A stretch of 53,560 nucleotides of DNA from Promethearchaeota archaeon (GTDB lineage Archaea > Asgardarchaeota > Lokiarchaeia > Sigyniarchaeales > SOKP01). Position 1 is the first letter of the stretch. Every line of letters begins with the position of its first letter. Location: positions 1-53,560 of the forward strand of contig JAUVNS010000023.1 in NCBI GenBank assembly GCA_030599585.1, given 5' to 3'. This document shows, piece by piece, positions 30,042 to 38,990 of the stretch. Below the pieces are notes generated by a model. It did no database searches. It was not told the origin of the DNA and saw only the letters and a list, made by a program, of their open reading frames with translations. The translations under genes and the position numbers were made by a program.

Positions 30042-30545
30042 CTAAAATCCGATCCAACCATTAGCCTTCACAAATGATAAAAATCCTGTTTTTGGTCTAA
30101 TTAATATTATTTGCATCCAATTACCATCTATAGGTTTGTGAAAGTTTACATCAAATGAACTAAATCCGTTTATAGTGTAGTCCCTCTCTTTGGTAGTAAA
30201 GATATATGCTTCAGCTATATCTCCGTTGCCTTCTAAAGTTATCATAACAGAAACTTCAGCACCTTTAGGTATAGTGTTTGATAAAATTATTCCAATTTCT
30301 ATGGAGCTATGCTCTCTATATTCAGATATTTCATATTCACCTGCGTCAGCAACACTATCAAATCCAATTAATACTTGATTATCATTATTTTGCCAAGCAA
30401 AACTAGCGGGGAGTTCACCTATAAAAGGACTATGTGAAACATGAACGCCATAAAACCTAACCCATGCATAATATTTGAATTGAAACCACCATTCTTGATG
30501 GTAATAATCAGGGGCTCTTGGACTTAAATGATAATTATACTCCAT
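30042..30545 (-). CDS. Hypothetical beta-rich protein
   Basis: 167-aa ORF preceded by GGAGG, overlapping the upstream ORF end. Confidence 0.6.
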   Translation of the reverse strand: MEYNYHLSPRAPDYYHQEWWFQFKYYAWVRFYGVHVSHSPFIGELPASFAWQNNDNQVLIGFDSVADAGEYEISEYREHSSIEIGIILSNTIPKGAEVSVMITLEGNGDIAEAYIFTTKERDYTINGFSSFDVNFHKPIDGNWMQIILIRPKTGFLSFVKANGWIGF

Positions 30546-30852
30546 GTTGTCCCTCCTCCTTGATTTTCTTTCTATAATCTGATTTAATTTTTTCCAATTC
30601 CTTTAATTTCTTTTCATGCTCCATTTGAATTTTCGATATCTCGCTTAATTTGTCTTTATATTTCTTCTTAAATTGTGGATCTTTAATTTCCCAATCAAAA
30701 TCAACAAATTTTTTATCAAATCCTGCAAGTTCATTTAGGATCTTTTTCCCCTTTGGATTCTTTCCCAAGGTTTCCTCAAATTCTTTTTTTGCAGCCAAAA
30801 GTTGTTCTTTGGGTATAAAATTTTTTATTTTTTTTTCTTGCATTCGATACAC
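30535..30852 (-). CDS. Hypothetical Lys/Glu-rich helical protein
   Basis: 105-aa ORF. Canonical AAAAAAGTTAAATA promoter at 30910-30923 (minus). Confidence 0.6.
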   Translation of the reverse strand: MYRMQEKKIKNFIPKEQLLAAKKEFEETLGKNPKGKKILNELAGFDKKFVDFDWEIKDPQFKKKYKDKLSEISKIQMEHEKKLKELEKIKSDYRKKIKEEGQHGV

Positions 30853-31103
30853 CGAATCCTCTCAAATAAGACCGTTTACTACAGCCTATCTATATTTATG
30901 ATGTATCGATATTTAACTTTTTTGTAAAAAAATCTAAGGGTTTTCTATATTATACTATTAGGTTTTTAGGGTTACTTGAGCATACGTATTAATATCTAAC
31001 GTATAAGTTTTCACGCAATCTAGAAATTTATTATTCTACTTTTTTTATTTATAAACCTGTAATTCCAATAGACTGTAAAATCATTTGAAAACCGATCGAT
31101 ACC

Positions 31104-31535
31104 ATGAACCTAAATAATTTGGATATTGTCCGAAGAATCGTTCAGATAGCAACCATCATAACCGCGGTGAGTTGTGGTTCTTTAGGAATAATTGCCCCAT
31201 ACAGTTATGTGCAAGTGATCCATGATTACGGCACAATCTATTCTAGAACTTGGGAGGCTCGTTTTGACATCCTCCTTGCAATAGCTTTCTTTATTCCCGT
31301 GATTTTTACGCTCGCTACCAACGGAAGCTTAAAACGATATTGCAAACGACGTAGAGCCGATAGTTTGACGACTATTCGAGTTTCTCCAACAGAAACCGCT
31401 CTACTCCCCAATAACAACTCAAAAAAGCAACAAACACAACAGGTTAGAATCGTTAACATGAAACACTGTATTATTTGTGGTCAACCTAACGACTACAACG
31501 CAAAATTCTGCAAATATTGCGGAAATCAACTGTGA
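31104..31535 (+). CDS. 2-TM protein with C-terminal zinc ribbon
   Basis: Two hydrophobic helices, CIICG...AKFCKYCG. Confidence 0.75.
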   Translation: MNLNNLDIVRRIVQIATIITAVSCGSLGIIAPYSYVQVIHDYGTIYSRTWEARFDILLAIAFFIPVIFTLATNGSLKRYCKRRRADSLTTIRVSPTETALLPNNNSKKQQTQQVRIVNMKHCIICGQPNDYNAKFCKYCGNQL

Positions 31536-31805
31536 AACTCAGTTTTTTCCTTTTATTTATTTTTGTCTTTTTTTTTCTCGGACTTTCCAAGTTTTAGCAA
31601 GAGGGCCAACTCGAAAAGGTCGAAAAATTCAATTGCTCCTGGCATGATCACTACAAAACAATTTTAATATTTAAACTATTGTTCGAGAGTAAACGTTCTG
31701 TTGAGAGATTACAAATTTATAAAAATTAGATTTTATTGTGTTTGCTCCTATTACATTTTTCGCACAAAAGCTCAGTCCAATTTTTCTCTAATTTCTTTTA
31801 CAGGT

Positions 31806-32276
31806 TTATATATTATTAGATTTCTTTTTATTACAACTCTCACATAAGAGTTGAATGTTTCTTACTGTATTACTTCCACCCTTACTGAATGGAATGATGT
31901 GGTCAAATTCAAGCAACTCTTTGCTTTCACATTCCACACATCTTCCTTGATCTCTTCTCCAAACTTCTCTTTTTACTGATGTTGATATATATCTTGGATG
32001 TCTGGTTTGTTTTTCTAACTCTTGTTCTTTTTTCTTTTTTATTTTTTCAAGATTTATTCTTCGTTGTTCTTGGACTTTCTTTTCATCATATTCTTTTTTT
32101 AAAGGATCAGCTTTTATTAATCCTATTATTATTATACTTATTCCTACAATTCCACAAATTATACTAACAATAGTTTGGTTAAACCATAACCACGAAAAGA
32201 AAGAAAAGGGCATTAAACCAAACATTCCTATCATCCACATTAAATTATAACAGACTAATTTATTGTCATTATTCAA
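31806..32276 (-). CDS. Membrane-anchored HNH endonuclease
   Basis: Two TM helices, then VKREVWRRDQGRCVEC...EFDHIIPFSKGGSN...NIQLLCESCN. Confidence 0.85.
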   Translation of the reverse strand: MNNDNKLVCYNLMWMIGMFGLMPFSFFSWLWFNQTIVSIICGIVGISIIIIGLIKADPLKKEYDEKKVQEQRRINLEKIKKKKEQELEKQTRHPRYISTSVKREVWRRDQGRCVECESKELLEFDHIIPFSKGGSNTVRNIQLLCESCNKKKSNNI

Positions 32277-32286
32277 AAGAAATCAC

Positions 32287-32443
32287 CTATTCCTTTTTTA
32301 ATGTTTCTGCTAATATTTTTATAGCTAATTTGCTATTTTCTTTAATTTGTTCTACGTATTTATCCCTTTCGATCAACCATAATTTATATTAATAATCTTA
32401 TTCTGATCTTTCATTAATAATCTCTTGTAGTTTATCAACCATT
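32287..32443 (-). pseudogene. Degraded small ORF
   Basis: MVDKLQEIINERSE*DY*YKLWLIERDKYVEQIKENSKLAIKILAETLKKE*, with two in-frame stops in otherwise protein-like sequence. Confidence 0.4.
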
Positions 32444-32444
32444 T

Positions 32445-32600
32445 CAGTGCTTTTTTTTAACTCCCTTGCTAAACGGCATTATATGATCGTGCTCTAATCT
32501 TTCTCGCGAACCATAATTTGCACAGCGTCCAATATCTCTGCGCCACACCTCTCTTTGAACACTTAAAAAATCTTTTTTTATCTCATTATCAATAATAAGA
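32445..32600 (-). pseudogene. Truncated HNH endonuclease remnant
   Basis: SVQREVWRRDIGRCANYGSRERLEHDHIMPFSKG, paralogous to 31806-32276, with no start, a lost Cys and premature end. Confidence 0.75.
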
Positions 32601-32809
32601 TTCTGTTGCTATACATATCGATAATAAAAGACTCAATATATAAATTTCAGCGATAAATCTCACAGAGCGAAAATTTTTCTTTTTCTATTATTTCGCAATT
32701 GATAGTACAAAATACTATTATACATTACTGTATTCTGTTGGGAAATTTTAATAACTATGTTCTGTGTTAACAAGTAATAACGACAAAAATGATATTTTGG
32801 TAATAAATC

Positions 32810-33247
32810 ATGCATTTGAAATTAAAAGAATTTATGATTGCCACGAATCAAACGGCGAAGCAGAATCTAACGACGCACGGTTATTTAGAAAAAGTCCTTA
32901 TTGCGGTGACCGATCAAGGGGTATTCGTAAATAATCTTAAGTGGGCGGACAACGAACAAAAGGCAAAAGTTGTTAAGCAATGTATTGACGCGATGTCAGA
33001 ACGGAATTGCCAACTATATGTAATGGTCGGGGAAGCTTCAATGACAGAGATTTCGCCAGAAGGTATGACAAGACAAGATTGCATCCTTCTTTCGGGAGAG
33101 ACCAGAGAAGGTGACAAAATCTCCATTATGACGCCCTTTACAAAGCTCGATAACGTCGTCGATTTTAAAGAACCGATTTGGTCCAACGAAAAGGAGAACC
33201 CCGGTTCCATTAGTCAGTTTACGATGTTTAAAGGAATTTTTAAGTAA
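32810..33247 (+). CDS. Hypothetical protein
   Basis: 145-aa ORF with ATG start. Confidence 0.65.
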   Translation: MHLKLKEFMIATNQTAKQNLTTHGYLEKVLIAVTDQGVFVNNLKWADNEQKAKVVKQCIDAMSERNCQLYVMVGEASMTEISPEGMTRQDCILLSGETREGDKISIMTPFTKLDNVVDFKEPIWSNEKENPGSISQFTMFKGIFK

Positions 33248-33313
33248 CTCACTTTTATTAAGAACAAGTAAAATTTTTCCTTTTTAACTATTTACATTTT
33301 AATTACCTTTACG

Positions 33314-33598
33314 ATGGGATCTAATACCGAAAACGATCCGTTTGCCATTCACGACAAAAAGAAGGTGAGAATCACGGAGTTTTTGGTTTATTTAGAATCA
33401 GAAGACGGACAAGACAATTACGTTATAAAACAGTTCGATAAAACCAAAGAGCAGAACTTAGAGGCGCTTACATTTATCCAAAACCTTATTAAAAGCGAAC
33501 CTGACATCAATTCGGAGCGAATAAAAGGGTATTTGAAGCGACAACGCTTTTTTATGAAACTTTACCTAAAAGAAGTAAATAAAGATCCATCTGAGTAA
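33314..33598 (+). CDS. Hypothetical protein
   Basis: 94-aa ORF. TTTTTCCTTTTTAACTA at 33274-33290 upstream. Confidence 0.6.
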   Translation: MGSNTENDPFAIHDKKKVRITEFLVYLESEDGQDNYVIKQFDKTKEQNLEALTFIQNLIKSEPDINSERIKGYLKRQRFFMKLYLKEVNKDPSE

Positions 33599-33665
33599 AG
33601 CGGGTATTTTCTTTTATATACTTCTACCAATTATTCGCAGCAAAAATCAATAAAAAGCGATAATA

Positions 33666-33926
33666 TTGAGTTTAGAAGCCAGTAAAAAAAAAGAACACGA
33701 ACCAATTGTAATTGAACTATCGAACTACGATAACCTCGATGAGGTGTTGTCGAAAATGGTAATCCCTTTCTCGGAAGTTATGGGAAACACAAAAGTCCCA
33801 GACATATATGCAGGACACGAAAAAATTCCTTTTGAAAGACGATACCCGCTCTTTAAATCCATAATGAGACAAGAGTTTGGTAAGGCTGTGAGAGTTTTAA
33901 AAAACGATACTAAAAAAAGGGGTTAG
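33666..33926 (+). CDS. Hypothetical protein
   Basis: 86-aa ORF (TTG start). TTTTCTTTTATATA at 33607-33620 upstream. Confidence 0.55.
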   Translation: MSLEASKKKEHEPIVIELSNYDNLDEVLSKMVIPFSEVMGNTKVPDIYAGHEKIPFERRYPLFKSIMRQEFGKAVRVLKNDTKKRG

Positions 33927-34150
33927 AATTGTATTCTTCTTTTCTTCTATACAGCTTCAAGCCTCCAAATTTTATTTCTCGTGCTTGTATCATTATTTAT
34001 TTATTATTTGCCTATTAAAACTGATTGCTAGATAAGAAAAAAGAGAATATATGTCATATTTAAAATACATCAAAACATTTTTTACAATAATGTTTAAAAA
34101 TAAAAATTTCTAATATATATTAAAATTAACTTCGTAGAATAGTGATAAAA

Positions 34151-34312
34151 ATGACTAATCCTGTAATAACTTTCTTCAGAAAAGTAATGAAAATAAATAC
34201 AGCTAATACACCTGATCATAAGGATCAAGAGAAAATAGACAGAAAATGGAAAAAAAAGGAACGCAAGAAAGCAGAACGAGAAAAAGCATCGTTAAGATTA
34301 CATCAAGGCTAA
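34151..34312 (+). CDS. Small basic protein (53 aa), not in the ORF track
   Basis: MTNPVITFFRKVMKINTANTPDHKDQEKIDRKWKKKERKKAEREKASLRLHQG, with GTGAT SD-like sequence upstream and a hairpin + T-tract downstream. Confidence 0.5.
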   Translation: MTNPVITFFRKVMKINTANTPDHKDQEKIDRKWKKKERKKAEREKASLRLHQG

Positions 34313-34330
34313 TAATTATATATATATAAA

Positions 34331-34378
34331 AAATCATCGAAGCTATAAACTATTGATGATTTCAAATAGTTTTTTTTA
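34331..34378 (+). terminator. Hairpin + oligo-T terminator
   Basis: AAATCATCGA...TTGATGATTT inverted repeat followed by T8. Confidence 0.45.
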
Positions 34379-34507
34379 TTTTTTCATATCTTACCCCAAA
34401 GCATAACTATTATGAGACAAGAATTTTGCGACTAATTTTCCGATTCTTTCTCCTACATACATTAAATCTAAAAAAATACTTAAACAAAAACATTTTATTC
34501 TAATATT

Positions 34508-35614
34508 ATGGTGATAACTAAGGCAATGGTAGAAATCATAATAAGAAGGATAGAAGAGTCCAAAGACAAGTTGAAAGACGAATCGAATACAAGAGGGAGC
34601 ATTATTGACCCTATTTTACAATATTTAGAGTGGAATCTGGTCAATATTGATGAAGTAATCAGAGAGAAAAAGACATCAAGCGGTGGAAAAGTAGATTACG
34701 AATTAAGAACGAAGGATAAAAAGTTATACGTAGAAGCAAAAGCTCTTAATTCTAATCTAAGTAAGAAACATCAACTTCAAACTACAACTTATGCTTACGA
34801 AGATGAAGTGAGTTACTGCGTTCTTACGAATGGGAACCATTTCCAGATTTTTGACACTTTTCAAAAGAATTTTGACCAGAGACTGATATTGGAGTTTTCT
34901 TTGACAGACGAAAATCTTTTAATTGAGAAGAAAGTAGAATATCTAAACTTTATCTCAAAAAACAGCGTGAGCCAAGGTATATTAACAAAATTAAACGAAT
35001 ACCTGAGCTTAAAGGAAAAAGTTGGAGAAGCAGTCGATTATCTTCTTTTAAATCCAAACGAAACGTTTGTAGACTTGATTAACGACCAAATAGGAGAGAA
35101 TTTTGATAAAACATATTTAACAGAAGCAATTATCAAGATTGGAAACGATCTAAACGCCTTAAAATCTTACGAGGGAGATTCTTCCCTCCCATTCGAATTA
35201 ATACCAGAAGATAAAATGGTCGAACGCTCAAAAGAAAAAATTAATTATTTAATTGAAAGACTGCCTAAATTTAAAGAAATGTTTCTCTTGTTACACGAAG
35301 GAATTTTGGATTTAGGCGATGATATATCAGAACACTTATACGAAAAAATGAACAGTGTGACTTTTAAAAGAGATACCGAATTTTGTACGGTTAAAGCCAA
35401 GCCCTACAATCATCAAATAAGAATTTTTCTCAAGTTTGGAGAGGTTACTCCCGACATCTCTTTAATTAAAGGAATTGAGCTAGAACCCCTTGCTAAATCC
35501 ATGCGATGGGGTAGAGTTAACTATCGTATAAATGTAGTTAAATTAGCACAAGTAAATGATGCTTTGAACTTGATAAAACAATGTTACGATTTACAACTAA
35601 AATGGAGAAGATAA
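34508..35614 (+). CDS. Type I restriction HsdR N-terminal-like nuclease domain + DUF5655-like domain
   Basis: ESNTRGSIIDPILQYLEW...VDY...YVEAK...Q...YA...VLTNG. C-terminal region ends LNLIKQCY. Confidence 0.75.
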   Translation: MVITKAMVEIIIRRIEESKDKLKDESNTRGSIIDPILQYLEWNLVNIDEVIREKKTSSGGKVDYELRTKDKKLYVEAKALNSNLSKKHQLQTTTYAYEDEVSYCVLTNGNHFQIFDTFQKNFDQRLILEFSLTDENLLIEKKVEYLNFISKNSVSQGILTKLNEYLSLKEKVGEAVDYLLLNPNETFVDLINDQIGENFDKTYLTEAIIKIGNDLNALKSYEGDSSLPFELIPEDKMVERSKEKINYLIERLPKFKEMFLLLHEGILDLGDDISEHLYEKMNSVTFKRDTEFCTVKAKPYNHQIRIFLKFGEVTPDISLIKGIELEPLAKSMRWGRVNYRINVVKLAQVNDALNLIKQCYDLQLKWRR

Positions 35615-35636
35615 TTTTTCACTAACTACAATTATT

Positions 35637-36164
35637 TCAAGTTTTTTTTACTACTCTAAAGTAAGATTCTGCTTCTTCTACTACGATTAACGTGTTATTA
35701 TGTGTAAATTCACTTATTAACACACTTAGTTCCGATAGCGGAATCCCGTAATCATCGGCCATAATTGTCAGCAAATACTTCGGAAATCGGTTGTATAAGG
35801 ACGAAAGTTCCAGCAACATTTCGTTAAATTTTTCTGTGTAATTATTTTCTTGTTCCTCGCTTTTAATCGCTTTTACTTTGGGCTTAGGGGCAACTATTGT
35901 ATTTACCGCTACTACAAAATCGCCTCCGGAACGAAACTCCGGGATCGCTATTTCGTTCTGCTTTCTTTTTACCGCGTTAACGGCTTCCGTCATGCCAATT
36001 ACTTCTTCGCCATCGCTCAAAATATCTCGTACTTGGTGAGTTCTCCCGCACCTTAGACATTTTTTAGTTTTCTGGACAGTTTTTACGTAGGAAAACTCCT
36101 GACATTTTTTACAGGCAAACACTAAATACGGAGTTTCGTCTTTTTTAAAGCCAACATCTTCCAT
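35637..36164 (-). CDS. DUF1922-like zinc-ribbon protein
   Basis: YLVFACKKC...KTKKCLRCGR. Third gene of the hef operon. Confidence 0.6.
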   Translation of the reverse strand: MEDVGFKKDETPYLVFACKKCQEFSYVKTVQKTKKCLRCGRTHQVRDILSDGEEVIGMTEAVNAVKRKQNEIAIPEFRSGGDFVVAVNTIVAPKPKVKAIKSEEQENNYTEKFNEMLLELSSLYNRFPKYLLTIMADDYGIPLSELSVLISEFTHNNTLIVVEEAESYFRVVKKT

Positions 36165-36167
36165 AAT

Positions 36168-38363
36168 TTACAGCCCTCCTTCGTTTTTTACGTGTAAATA
36201 GATGTTTTTAACTACAAAATACAACTCTTCTGAAAGATCGATCGTTATAGCTTGAACGTTGTTGTTATTGCCCCAATCGTTAATTTTTCTCTTAAGGAGC
36301 TTTTCTTCCGATTCGAATCGTTCTTCGAAGTCTACGAAGTCGAATAGCGACGCTATAAGTTTATACTTTGTACTGAGCAGAGCGTATTTTTTTAGGGTTG
36401 CGATTCCGTCAAACGTTCGGGGGTCTATTACCTGGATTAACGCTTTATCAAATAAGGTTAGATCGAGTATAGACTTTGCTGTTGTAAAAAGTATTCCGTC
36501 TTTCTGAAACTTTTTTCGCAAACCAAATTTTACGGGAAAGGAAATGTTAATTTTTACTTCCGATTGGTTGCTAACCGTTTTCCTTGGCGATTCTTGGGAA
36601 AAGGAATGTAAATTCGATTGCACTTCCTTTTTGTTTGCGTTCTTACTAAACTTGGGAGGTTGTGCTGGTTGATTATGGTTGCTTACAAGCGTTTTTTTGG
36701 TATCCGCTTTGCTTACAAACTGTGGTTCTTCAAAGATATCGAGCGAAGTATCGGAATAAGCGGTTTGAAGTTGTTTTTCTCCCTTTAAATTTACGTTCAT
36801 TTTCTTGAGCTTTGTTAAGGCGATATGCATATATATTTCGTCGTGCGTGTCCTTACAATAAAGGATAATTACTTTACCTTCTCGGTGGCGGGCAGTTCGT
36901 CCTTTTCTCTGGATAAACCGTATTTCAGAAGCTACCACGTCGTAAAACACCACAAGGTCGCACTCTGCAATGTCCAATCCCTCCTCGCCCACATTGGTGC
37001 TAACCAAAATGTTATAATCGCCTTTCTTAAACATCTCTAACACCTCCAACTGTCTTTTCTGGGACATTCCTTTGTTGTCTTTAGATTTAGTCGCTTGCCC
37101 TACGAATCGAGTAGGTTTAAAAACTAGACTACCGCTCGTTTTAAGCTTGTTGTCTATATTTTTTACCGAGTCTCGCAGTTTCACGAACACCAGTACCCTT
37201 GAACTCGGGTTATTTTCAAATTCTTGAATCAACAACGATTCGAGCGCGTAATATTTGGGATGGATCAAATTCTCAGGAGAATATTCTTCGTTTTTTTTCA
37301 ACTCGATATATATCTGATTGAGCCTGTGATCGCTCACCAAAATTTTTAAGGCTTTGGAGCTGTTTTTCTTGCGAGCCTTGGCTTTCATCTTGGTTAAATA
37401 AATTAAAAGCACGTCCAAGCCTTGTTGCTCTATTAATTCTAACATGTGATACAAAATCAATCCTTGAGCGTTCACTGAAAGAGCGCTATACGCTCCGGTC
37501 TTGTCTCCGTCTCCTTTGATTATTCTCGTTAACTCGCCGTTTAGCGTTAGCAAATCTTTTCGAATGATTTTAGTATGCAACTTATCTGACTTCGTATTTA
37601 TGAAGTTAAGCTGAGAAAGGTATTGCAACCGCTCCTCCAAAAGAGATTGAACTGCGTAGTAAGTTTGGGCCATCAATTCGGTTAAGTTAACCCCAATTTT
37701 GTAAATATCCATCGGTTTTAAATAAGTTTTCACGTCTGCGTCTTTTCGAGTGCGGGTGTGTATGTATTCTTTTGAAACGTATAAATTTTCACATAAGATT
37801 CGTATTTTATCTTTCGAAGCGCCGGGACTTGCTGTTAACCCTAAGATTACACCGTCGGGGTTTTGGTATCGGAATTCGTCCGCAATATACGTGTACGCGT
37901 AATCTCCTGTGGCGTGGTGTGCTTCGTCAAAAATTATCAAACACGTATCCTTTAAAGAATATCTAAGATTCACTAAGTCGTTTCTTAGCGTCTGAGGAGT
38001 GTAAAAAATAATCTGGTTTTTTTCAAATAAATCTATTCTTTTCTCGGCGTTTATTTTACCGGTTAAAACCACGAATAACTCCTCGGAAATCGTCATTAAA
38101 TTTCTAAACGAGTCGTAATGTTGATTAATTAAAGGTCTTGTGGGGGCTAAAACGAGTATTTTGCTCTTAGGAGGAAAGTTTTCTAAAGTAAGTGCTACCA
38201 CAAAAACTCCAATAATCGTTTTTCCAAGACCGGTAGGGAGGACTACTAGCGAGTTTTTGGACGCGCATTTTTTTGCTATATCGAGCTGATATTTTCTGCT
38301 CTCAATGTTATCTTGGCGCAAGTATGAAGTAGTTATTCTCTCGGGCTCAATCACTTTTTTCAC
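36168..38363 (-). CDS. hef: Hef/FANCM-family DEAH helicase with degenerate C-terminal nuclease-like domain
   Basis: LPTGLGKT, APTRPL, DEAHHATGDYAY, GLTASPG, RFVGQA...GMSQKRQ, GEEGLDI, IQRKGRTAR. Confidence 0.9.
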   Translation of the reverse strand: MKKVIEPERITTSYLRQDNIESRKYQLDIAKKCASKNSLVVLPTGLGKTIIGVFVVALTLENFPPKSKILVLAPTRPLINQHYDSFRNLMTISEELFVVLTGKINAEKRIDLFEKNQIIFYTPQTLRNDLVNLRYSLKDTCLIIFDEAHHATGDYAYTYIADEFRYQNPDGVILGLTASPGASKDKIRILCENLYVSKEYIHTRTRKDADVKTYLKPMDIYKIGVNLTELMAQTYYAVQSLLEERLQYLSQLNFINTKSDKLHTKIIRKDLLTLNGELTRIIKGDGDKTGAYSALSVNAQGLILYHMLELIEQQGLDVLLIYLTKMKAKARKKNSSKALKILVSDHRLNQIYIELKKNEEYSPENLIHPKYYALESLLIQEFENNPSSRVLVFVKLRDSVKNIDNKLKTSGSLVFKPTRFVGQATKSKDNKGMSQKRQLEVLEMFKKGDYNILVSTNVGEEGLDIAECDLVVFYDVVASEIRFIQRKGRTARHREGKVIILYCKDTHDEIYMHIALTKLKKMNVNLKGEKQLQTAYSDTSLDIFEEPQFVSKADTKKTLVSNHNQPAQPPKFSKNANKKEVQSNLHSFSQESPRKTVSNQSEVKINISFPVKFGLRKKFQKDGILFTTAKSILDLTLFDKALIQVIDPRTFDGIATLKKYALLSTKYKLIASLFDFVDFEERFESEEKLLKRKINDWGNNNNVQAITIDLSEELYFVVKNIYLHVKNEGGL

Positions 38364-38369
38364 ATCCTC

Positions 38370-38945
38370 TCAAACGATTTGTATTAAGTAGTCTTCTATT
38401 TCTAATTTCGATAAAGTTTTTTTGCTTCGTTTGTATGACTGAATGAGCTTACCCGCCTCAACTGCTAATTTCGAAGGGTAAATCAGACCGTTCCCTCTAC
38501 GTTCGAACAAACAAGGGAGCGCTCGGTTAAGCTGTTTGACTTTCTTTGAAAGTTCCGTTCCATTCCTTTTCGCGTCAAATCCCTTACCAATCTTTACGTG
38601 GTGAAAATAATATACTATGTCGTTTAATAGATCGGCTTGTTCTTTATCGATTTCGATTTCTTTTAGCTCCAAAGCGTCAAAATTTTTAACTTCTATTTTA
38701 GGCTTTAAAGTGAGATACGAGTTTCCATTTTTCCACTTCTTTACGAGAACATATCCTTCAAACATCGAGCTAAATAGCTTTTGAAACCGAAACACCAGCT
38801 CTAACACCTCTTCCAAGTCTCGTTCGGATACGTTGAGGTAGGTAGCTAGCTTTTTGAGGCTAAAAAGACTATTCTTTCTAGTCTGAAATTGTTCTAACGC
38901 CGAAATAATTTTTTGTAATTGATTGATTTTATCGCTTTGAGCCAT
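38370..38945 (-). CDS. HTH/winged-helix-like protein, first gene of the hef operon
   Basis: FSLKKLATYLNVSERDLEEVL HTH-like segment. Confidence 0.6.
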   Translation of the reverse strand: MAQSDKINQLQKIISALEQFQTRKNSLFSLKKLATYLNVSERDLEEVLELVFRFQKLFSSMFEGYVLVKKWKNGNSYLTLKPKIEVKNFDALELKEIEIDKEQADLLNDIVYYFHHVKIGKGFDAKRNGTELSKKVKQLNRALPCLFERRGNGLIYPSKLAVEAGKLIQSYKRSKKTLSKLEIEDYLIQIV

Positions 38946-38967
38946 TACAGATTATATTTGTCGTGAG

Positions 38968-38982
38968 AATAAAAAGGAAAAA
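38968..38982 (-). promoter_or_regulatory. Pyrimidine-BRE class promoter
   Basis: Minus strand TTTTTCCTTTTTATT, TATA about 30 nt before ATG. Confidence 0.55.
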
Positions 38983-38990
38983 TTGTTCAC

